From: Acidimicrobiia bacterium
GTDB lineage: Bacteria > Actinomycetota > Acidimicrobiia > Spongiisociales > UBA11373
Direction: 5' to 3'
Length of the DNA: 64,000 nucleotides
NCBI GenBank assembly: GCA_016215655.1
Contig: JACRIT010000077.1
Location: 6,928 to 70,927 of the forward strand
The first letter of the stretch is position 1; each line of letters starts with the position of its first letter. Below, one piece after another: positions 57,573 through 64,000 of this stretch. The notes beneath the pieces were generated by a model. That model did not search any database. It worked only from the letters and a program-made list of their open reading frames with translations, and was not told the DNA's origin. The position numbers and the translations under genes are program-made.

Positions 57573-58420
57573 CGCGCCAGCTGGGCCACGTAGCGCGCCA
57601 CCCCATCGAGTTCTTCGGCAGTCAGGGTGATTTCGGTCATGTCGCTCACCCATCTCAAGGCGTCGGCGATGTCCTCCTTCGACTCGCCGGCGATCCGGGG
57701 GCCAAACGACGTCCCCTCGCCCCGGTACCCGTGGCAGAACGCACAGCCCAGCCCGCCCGCGGTGACGTCGAAGACCTCCTGTCCGAGGGCGAGCAATGCC
57801 GCCTCCGCGCCGTCCGCGACCGTTGTGCTGGTACTGCCTGCCACGGTCGTGGACGCACCGGCAAGCGTTGGGGTGCTCGATCCCACCGTCGTGGTAGGCG
57901 AGCTGGTCGTCGTGGCCGAGATGGGGGGACGAGTCGAGGCAGCGCCGAGGTCGGGACGGAACATCATGAGATAGAGGAGCAAGAGCAGGCTGACGACGCC
58001 GATCAGGGTGATCACGTGAACCCGTCCCGAACCGAGGATCTCGGCCAACTCCTCGTCCGACTTCCGCGGCACCCCTGTCGGTCGCATTTCGCAGGCTGCC
58101 CGGATCCGGGCGGTGAACGGCTTCGCCACCGCCAGCATCAGGCCCGTGGTGGCGGCAAGGACGATGAGCGCCAGCCAGAACCAGCGCTTCTCCAGCCACA
58201 GATGGCGCAGCGCTCCGAGCCACAGTCCCGTTCCGACGATCCCACCGAGCATGACGTACATCGCAATCGCGGTTCGACCGGAAGCGTCCAGCATCGCCAA
58301 GATGCGCTTCCGGTCCCGCTCCCGGCGGGCGGCGTAGAGCACGACGATGGACGCGCCGTGCACGGCGACGAACCCGATGGCTGAGGCAATGTGCAGGTAC
58401 TTGACCCACTCGTATAGCAC
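57569..58420 (-). CDS. four-TM membrane protein (DUF2269-like) with Thr-rich linker and C-terminal c-type cytochrome
   Basis: K.LHI.SA N-terminus, 4 hydrophobic helices ending LYLMMFRP, Thr/Ser linker, CAFCHG heme motif, distal Met. Confidence 0.75.
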   Translation of the reverse strand: MLYEWVKYLHIASAIGFVAVHGASIVVLYAARRERDRKRILAMLDASGRTAIAMYVMLGGIVGTGLWLGALRHLWLEKRWFWLALIVLAATTGLMLAVAKPFTARIRAACEMRPTGVPRKSDEELAEILGSGRVHVITLIGVVSLLLLLYLMMFRPDLGAASTRPPISATTTSSPTTTVGSSTPTLAGASTTVAGSTSTTVADGAEAALLALGQEVFDVTAGGLGCAFCHGYRGEGTSFGPRIAGESKEDIADALRWVSDMTEITLTAEELDGVARYVAQLAR

Positions 58421-58673
58421 CCGGTCACGCTAGCCCACCATCGCCGACGGGCCAGCCTGGGACCGGCAGTGATCTCGCCACGTGAGTGGGAAGGGCACGC
58501 CCTTCCGTGCGATGGCCGATGCCACCCGAGAGGAGTCGACAGATCTTCCTCGACTCCTCGCACCCACGCCCCAAGCGACCACTGCCCTCACCGCGAGGGA
58601 GCCGGGGGCTCGCACCCTCGGATTCGCTCGGCTAGGTTGACCGCCTCCACGATCGAGCAGGCAAGGAGCCACC

Positions 58674-59186
58674 ATGTCCGATAGCGCCAGTGCGGCCCTC
58701 TTCATCGTCCGGGTGGCGATCGGGATCGTCTTCCTCGCCCATGGGATCAAGCACTTCCGCAACCGCGAGAAGACGATGCGGTGGACCGCGAGCATCGGGT
58801 TCTCCAGCCCATCCATCCAGTGGTTCTTCATGTCGTTTGCCGAGATCGGCGTCGGCTTGTCACTGATGCTGGGGCTGCTCACCTCGTTCGGCGCCGCCGG
58901 TGTGATCTCGCTGATGACGGTGGCGTTCTGGACGGTGCATCGCCACGCCGGGTTCTGGATCACCGCACGTCCCGACGAGGGCTGGGAATACGCCTTCGTC
59001 CTCACCGCCGCGGCCTGGGCCCTGGCGCTGCTGGGCGCGGGCGAGTGGTCGCTCGATCATGCCCTCGAGATCGGCGCCGACCTCGACGGCACCCTGGGGG
59101 CGATCATCGCCGCCGGCGGGTTCGCCGCAGCCGTCGGTCAGTTGATCCTGTTCTTCCGGCCGAATCGCGCCCGAGCCACCTCCTGA
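58674..59186 (+). CDS. DoxX family membrane protein
   Basis: RV.IG.VF.AHG..K, AEI..G..L.LGLLT, G.EY, GAG.WSLD. Confidence 0.88.
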   Translation: MSDSASAALFIVRVAIGIVFLAHGIKHFRNREKTMRWTASIGFSSPSIQWFFMSFAEIGVGLSLMLGLLTSFGAAGVISLMTVAFWTVHRHAGFWITARPDEGWEYAFVLTAAAWALALLGAGEWSLDHALEIGADLDGTLGAIIAAGGFAAAVGQLILFFRPNRARATS

Positions 59187-59391
59187 GGACACGCGGCCAC
59201 ATCGACGGGTCGATCAACGCCACCATGGCAGTCGCGTGCGGGCTCACCGCGATGGTCGGCCCCGGCATCGCGGCTGTGGCACGCCTCGCCGCCCGACACA
59301 CTCACCCGCGTCGGCGACCTCGCTCCTGGACCCGTGACGCGGGAACGCGCCGGTAATGCCACCGGCGCGTTCCTTTCTGCTCGCAGCTTGA

Positions 59392-59715
59392 TCAGGGGGC
59401 GAACGGCGGCGGCGCTGCGCCATTGCCGCACAGGCTGGAGTTGTTGTAACTCGTTGTCGCCCCAGACGCGGCCGGGAACTTCCAGTTGCTGGCCCCAGCC
59501 TTGCCGTTGGAGCCCAGATTGTTGATCCCGAAGTCGTGGATGACATCCCCGGTCGTGCCGAACGCGCCGAACGCGCCATGGCCTGCACAGGGGGTATTGG
59601 CGTTCGCGATCCCGTAGCCGGGCTGAGTGCCGTACCCGTCCCCGGCAAGTGCCGCTCCCGCCGGGATGAGGGAAGCCCCCACCACGGCCAGAACGACCAA
59701 CAGTGTCCTTCGCAT
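59392..59715 (-). CDS. small secreted Gly/Asn-rich hypothetical protein
   Basis: Signal peptide MRRTLLVVLAVVGASLIPAGAALA, GGAGGAG RBS, mature part with 2 Cys. Confidence 0.7.
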   Translation of the reverse strand: MRRTLLVVLAVVGASLIPAGAALAGDGYGTQPGYGIANANTPCAGHGAFGAFGTTGDVIHDFGINNLGSNGKAGASNWKFPAASGATTSYNNSSLCGNGAAPPPFAP

Positions 59716-60026
59716 GCTTTCGCTCCTCCCGTTGTCGCGTGGCTGACCGAGTCCGCCATCGCGATGCGAGCGCAGCCGGGGCTGGTCCCCGCGCTACGCG
59801 TCCTGGGATGTTATGGAAGCCGCGCCGCTTCGATTAGAGGAATACGACCCTGGGACTTGCGGCGATCGCTGCCCTGGTCGACCGACACGGATGCGACATT
59901 CGAGCGTGACGTTCACCCTCCACCAATGCCCATCTCGGCCCGTCAGCGCGGGAGAAACACCGCTCCGGGTCCGCCAGCATGGGCATCGCAATGACAAAGG
60001 AAGCCGTGTTCGTATCCGGTCTTGCC

Positions 60027-60101
60027 TGGCTCCGGGGGTGAGATTCGAACTCACAACCTGCGGATTAACAGTCCGTTGCTCTGCCGTTGAGCTACCCCGG
60101 A
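60027..60101 (-). tRNA. tRNA-Asn(GTT)
   Basis: Reverse complement TCCGGGGTAGCTCAACGGCAGAGCAACGGACTGTTAATCCGCAGGTTGTGAGTTCGAATCTCACCCCCGGAGCCA; GTT anticodon, CCA encoded. Confidence 0.95.
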
Positions 60102-60130
60102 AAGGGCGGGGAAGGGTACCACCGGCCCAT

Positions 60131-61261
60131 TCAGCTGCCTTCCAGGTAATCCTTGAGCTTGCCGGCGCGCGAAGGCTGCCGCAGCTTCGCCAGCGCCTTC
60201 GTCTCGAGCTGCCGCACCCGCTCGCGGGTGACCTTGAAGTGCTTGCCCACCTGCTCGAGCGTGTGGATCTTGCCGTCGGCGAGTCCGAAGCGCATCACGA
60301 GCACCTGGCGCTCCCGCTCCGAGAGTTCTTCGAGCACGATCCGCAGGTAGTCCTGAAGGAGGCGGAACGATGCCGATGCCACCGGGGCCTCGGCATCGTG
60401 GTCCTCGACGAAGTCGCCGAGGGTGGAGTCGTCCTCCTCGCCGAGGGGCGACTCCAGCGACAGCGGGTCCTGGGCGATGCGACGCAATTCGGAGACCTTG
60501 GCGGGTTCCAGTTCGAGGTCGACGGCGATCTCCTCGATCGTGGGTTCGCGCCCCAGCTCCTGGCTCAATGCCCGCTGCACCGCGGCCAGCTTGTTGATCG
60601 TCTCCACCATGTGCACCGGGACCCGGATGGTGCGGCCCTGATCGGCCAGAGCCCGCGTCACCGACTGCCGAATCCACCACGAGGCGTACGTGGAGAACTT
60701 GAAACCCTTGCGGTAGTCGAACTTCTCCACGGCTCGCATGAGGCCGAGGTTGCCCTCCTGGATGAGGTCGAGCAGCGGCATCCCCCGACCCACGTACTTC
60801 TTGGCGATCGACACGACGAGCCGGAGGTTGGCCTCGACCAGTCGCTGTTCTGCACGCGATCCCACCCGCACCGCCCGTTCCAGGAACACCCGGTCGGCGG
60901 GCAGGGTGCCCTCGGGGAGTCCCGGGAGCTTCTCGGCGGCCTTCACCCCCGCCTCGCGCTGCATGGCCAGCTCCACCTCCTGCTGGGCATCGAGCAGCGG
61001 TACCCGGCCGATCTCCTGGAGGTACATCCGCACCGGGTCGGTGACTTCGATCTCGTCGTCACTGGGGAGGATGTCGAAGATGGCGTCCTGCGAATCCTCA
61101 CGCAGCTCGACCCCCTGCTTGCGCAGGGTATCGACGACACGGTCGAAGGCCTCAGGTGTGGCGTCGGCCTCCTCGAGTTCCTGCTGGATCTCGGCGGTCA
61201 TGATGAACCCGCGCTGACGGGCGCGGGAAGCCAATTCGGCGACGATCTTGTCCAAGCTCAT
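60131..61261 (-). CDS. rpoD: primary RNA polymerase sigma factor (sigma70/SigA)
   Basis: Region 1.1, [74 protein letters not shown]. Confidence 0.95.
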   Translation of the reverse strand: MSLDKIVAELASRARQRGFIMTAEIQQELEEADATPEAFDRVVDTLRKQGVELREDSQDAIFDILPSDDEIEVTDPVRMYLQEIGRVPLLDAQQEVELAMQREAGVKAAEKLPGLPEGTLPADRVFLERAVRVGSRAEQRLVEANLRLVVSIAKKYVGRGMPLLDLIQEGNLGLMRAVEKFDYRKGFKFSTYASWWIRQSVTRALADQGRTIRVPVHMVETINKLAAVQRALSQELGREPTIEEIAVDLELEPAKVSELRRIAQDPLSLESPLGEEDDSTLGDFVEDHDAEAPVASASFRLLQDYLRIVLEELSERERQVLVMRFGLADGKIHTLEQVGKHFKVTRERVRQLETKALAKLRQPSRAGKLKDYLEGS

Positions 61262-63012
61262 TCCTGACTCGCGAGTTCGCGACGGCGACGCTCCAACGCT
61301 ATCAACTCCTGAAAACCAGCGGTATACGCCTCCGAGTCGGGAGCGAGTCCCTCGACGGCCAACCTGATCTCTTCGATTCGGCGTTCCACCGCGCCGACCT
61401 GAACCTTTCTCAACACCTCTTCGGCGACCGGGAGGGGCGTCTCGAGGAATGCGAGTCCCCGCAGCATCACGGCGACATCGCCATCGTCGTCACCGAGCAG
61501 CGACCCCAGGTCGGGTGGCATGCCCGGGTCGAGGGCGGACAGCACCGGCAGGAGGAGGTCGTATGCCGCCCGGTGCTCATCGCGTGAGAACAATCCGGAG
61601 AGATCGTGCTTGCGGACCCCTGCATCGTTGGCCAGCATGAGCCTGAGCAGTTCGCGTTCCGCCTTCTCCACGCCATCGAGGGGGCGGGCGGGCCGCGGGC
61701 CGGCGGGGCGCGCCGTCTGCGCCCCGGTGACCGCAGCCTCGACCGTGCGCACCACGACCTCGAGTTCGACCCCGGTGCGGCGTGACACCAGTACCCCGTA
61801 CTCGTGGCGCGTGACCCGATCGGGATGGCGGGCGACGATCTCGGCGGCGGAACGCACCGCCCGGCCACGCGCCTCGGGCTCGGACAGATCGAAGCCCTCG
61901 AGGAGGCGCTCGAGGCGGAACTGGAGGAGGGGGGTGGAGGCGGCGAGCGCCGCGTCGATCACGGCGCGCTCCCCCGCCGCCACCACATCCGCCGGGTCAC
62001 GCCCCTCGGGCAGGACCGCCACCCGCAGGTCGAGATCGCCGGGGACGCTCCGCTCGAAACCGCGCAGGCTGGCATTCGTACCGGCCTCATCGGCATCGAA
62101 CATGAGCACCACCCGCTCGCTGAAGCGGCGCAGCAGGTCCAGGTGCTCCTCGCCGAGTGCGGTGCCGCAGGTCGCCACCGCCACCGGCATGCCCGCCAGG
62201 TGGAGGCCGATGACGTCGGTGTAGCCCTCGACCACCACCGACTGGCCGCTGCGCACGATCTCCGACTTCGCCCAGTTGAGCCCGTAGAGCAGGCTCGACT
62301 TGTGATAGATCGGCGTCTCCGGCGAATTCAGATACTTGGGGCCCTCGCCGCCCTCGAGGAGACGGGCTCCGAAGCCGACGGCGTCACCCCGAACGTCGTA
62401 GATCGGGAACATCACCCGCCCCCGGAAACGATCGAACACCTTGCCGGTGCGGGCCCGCACCGCCAGCCCGGCGGTGACCATGACGTCCTCGGGGACCTTG
62501 TGCCTCCGCAGATGGCCGACGAGGGCTTCGCCGTGCGGCGGCGAGTAGCCGATGAGGAACCGATCCACCACCGCGGCGTCGTAGCCCCTGCCCCGCAGGT
62601 AACCGCGCGCCCCCCCGGCATCGCGGCCCGTCTTCAGACTGTCGTGATAGAAGGCGACGGCCAGCACCGTGGTATCGACGAGAGTCTGACGGCGGTCGCG
62701 GCGCTTCGACGCTTCGGCGTCTTCGTGCAGGGTGATCCCGGAGCGACGGGCGAGGACCTCCACCGCATCGGAGAAGTCCACCATCTGGGTGTCCTGAACG
62801 AAACGGAACAAGTCGCCGCTCTTCCCACATCCGAAGCAGTGATAGAGACCCCGGGCGGGGTCGACGCTCATCGAGGGCGTCTTCTCCTGGTGAAACGGGC
62901 ACACCGCCATGACCGAGCGCCCCGAGCGCCGCACCTTGGTGACTTCGGCGACGAGTTCGACCAGATCGGTGGCGTCACGAACCCGTTCGATGTCTTCTCG
63001 GCGGTACGCCAT
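61258..63012 (-). CDS. dnaG: DNA primase
   Basis: CPFH.EKTPS...HCFGC Zn ribbon, [41 protein letters not shown]. Confidence 0.97.
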   Translation of the reverse strand: MAYRREDIERVRDATDLVELVAEVTKVRRSGRSVMAVCPFHQEKTPSMSVDPARGLYHCFGCGKSGDLFRFVQDTQMVDFSDAVEVLARRSGITLHEDAEASKRRDRRQTLVDTTVLAVAFYHDSLKTGRDAGGARGYLRGRGYDAAVVDRFLIGYSPPHGEALVGHLRRHKVPEDVMVTAGLAVRARTGKVFDRFRGRVMFPIYDVRGDAVGFGARLLEGGEGPKYLNSPETPIYHKSSLLYGLNWAKSEIVRSGQSVVVEGYTDVIGLHLAGMPVAVATCGTALGEEHLDLLRRFSERVVLMFDADEAGTNASLRGFERSVPGDLDLRVAVLPEGRDPADVVAAGERAVIDAALAASTPLLQFRLERLLEGFDLSEPEARGRAVRSAAEIVARHPDRVTRHEYGVLVSRRTGVELEVVVRTVEAAVTGAQTARPAGPRPARPLDGVEKAERELLRLMLANDAGVRKHDLSGLFSRDEHRAAYDLLLPVLSALDPGMPPDLGSLLGDDDGDVAVMLRGLAFLETPLPVAEEVLRKVQVGAVERRIEEIRLAVEGLAPDSEAYTAGFQELIALERRRRELASQE

Positions 63013-63056
63013 CGGGGGCGAGTGTACGGGAGCCCGCGGCAGGAGTCACCGGGGCA

Positions 63057-63142
63057 GTTACCCGCTACCCGTTACCCGTTACCCGACGCCAGATGCCAGA
63101 CGTCAGTCGGAGATTCCTACTGAGGACTGAGGACTGAAGACT
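63057..63142. repeat. heptamer arrays (GTTACCC) x4, (GAYGYCA) x3 and (ACTGARG) x3
   Basis: Seven in-phase 7-mers at 63057-63105, then 63119-63142. Confidence 0.8.
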
Positions 63143-63145
63143 TCC

Positions 63146-64000
63146 TCAGCCCAGCGCCACCGTGAGGTGCTCCACCAGCTCTGCGATCGGCACCCGCACC
63201 TGGGTGGCGGTGTCGCGCTCGCGGATCGTGACGGCGCGGTCGTTCAGGGTGTCGAAGTCGATGGTGACGCAGAACGGGGTGCCGACCTCGTCCTGGCGGC
63301 GATAGCGCCGGCCGATCGACTGGGTGACGTCCACCTCGATCATCCAGCGCCTTCGCAGGGTGGCTGCCACTTCCTCGGTGACCGCCACCAGCTCGTCCTT
63401 CTTGGAGAGCGGCAGCACCGCCACCTTGATGGGGGCCAGCCGGGGGTGGAGGCGAAGCACGACACGCTTCTCCCCGGCGAGCTCGTCCTCGTCGTAGGCG
63501 TCGATGAGGAAGGCAAACGCGGAACGGGTCACCCCGGCGGCGGGCTCGATCACGTAGGGGTAGAAGCGCTCGTCGGCGTCCTGGTCGTAGAAGCGGAGAT
63601 CCACGCCGCTCGCCTCGGAGTGGGCTTTGAGGTCGAAGTCGGTGCGGTTGGCGATGCCTTCGAGCTCGTCCCACCCCCAGGGGAAGCGATACTCCACGTC
63701 GCTCGTGGCGGCGGCATAGTGCGCCAGCTCGCTGCGCTCATGGGCGCGCAGGCGCACCCGCTCCGGATCCATCCCCAGATCGAGGTACCACTGCAGACGG
63801 GCATCAAGCCAGAAGCGGTGCCACTGCTCGGCCTCCTCGGGCCGGCAGAAGAACTCCATCTCCATCTGCTCGAACTCCCGGGTGCGGAACACGAACTGGC
63901 CCGGGGTGATCTCATTGCGAAACGACTTGCCGATCTGGGCGATGCCGAAGGGCAGCTTCATCCGGGCGGTGCGGCGCACGTTCTCGTAGTTGATGAAGAT
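63146..64000 (-). CDS. glyQS: glycine--tRNA ligase (alpha2 type), 5' end outside window
   Basis: [70 protein letters not shown]. Confidence 0.96.
   Translation of the reverse strand: MFINYENVRRTARMKLPFGIAQIGKSFRNEITPGQFVFRTREFEQMEMEFFCRPEEAEQWHRFWLDARLQWYLDLGMDPERVRLRAHERSELAHYAAATSDVEYRFPWGWDELEGIANRTDFDLKAHSEASGVDLRFYDQDADERFYPYVIEPAAGVTRSAFAFLIDAYDEDELAGEKRVVLRLHPRLAPIKVAVLPLSKKDELVAVTEEVAATLRRRWMIEVDVTQSIGRRYRRQDEVGTPFCVTIDFDTLNDRAVTIRERDTATQVRVPIAELVEHLTVALG

Noticed and set aside
52094-60101. Prophage or integrative element at the tRNAs
   Set aside because: No integrase, phage genes or duplicated tRNA 3' end were found by eye.

Overview
GC-rich bacterial chromosomal segment, probably Actinomycetota and plausibly Acidimicrobiia (inferred from F420-dependent LLM/PPOX genes, alpha2-type GlyRS and gene style). 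No integrase, transposase, phage gene or CRISPR array was seen. The left half (1-34.6 kb) is a large catabolic locus of unknown substrate. It holds a LivH-type ABC permease, a LarA-like/DUF2088 protein, a C-GCAxxG-C-C protein, a cupin-split transketolase-SDR-MBL-MFS operon and a Tm-1-like (UPF0261)/PEP-utiliser/HprK-like/xanthine-dehydrogenase-family/cyclase/Zn-ADH operon. It also holds MmsA/IolA, an archaeal-type GAPDH with a PGK, an FAH-family hydrolase, a second cupin, Dabb and Gfo/Idh/MocA genes. Three promoters of this locus share the palindrome GATAATCGATTATC at or next to the -10 box, which suggests one regulon. A 9-kb block of unrelated genes splits the locus. The right half has an FrhB-like + 2-oxoacid:ferredoxin oxidoreductase + VIT1 operon, hmgA, an SLT protein, a YceI pseudogene, gabD, a REC-TrxB/cNMP-kinase/zf-UBP module, tRNA-Ile2(CAT), a CDGSH-FeS-USP-Rieske fusion, a membrane cytochrome c, tRNA-Asn and glyQS-dnaG-rpoD. 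Many intergenic gaps contain period-7 tandem repeats with different unit sequences. Product calls come from motif recognition only; no database search was run.
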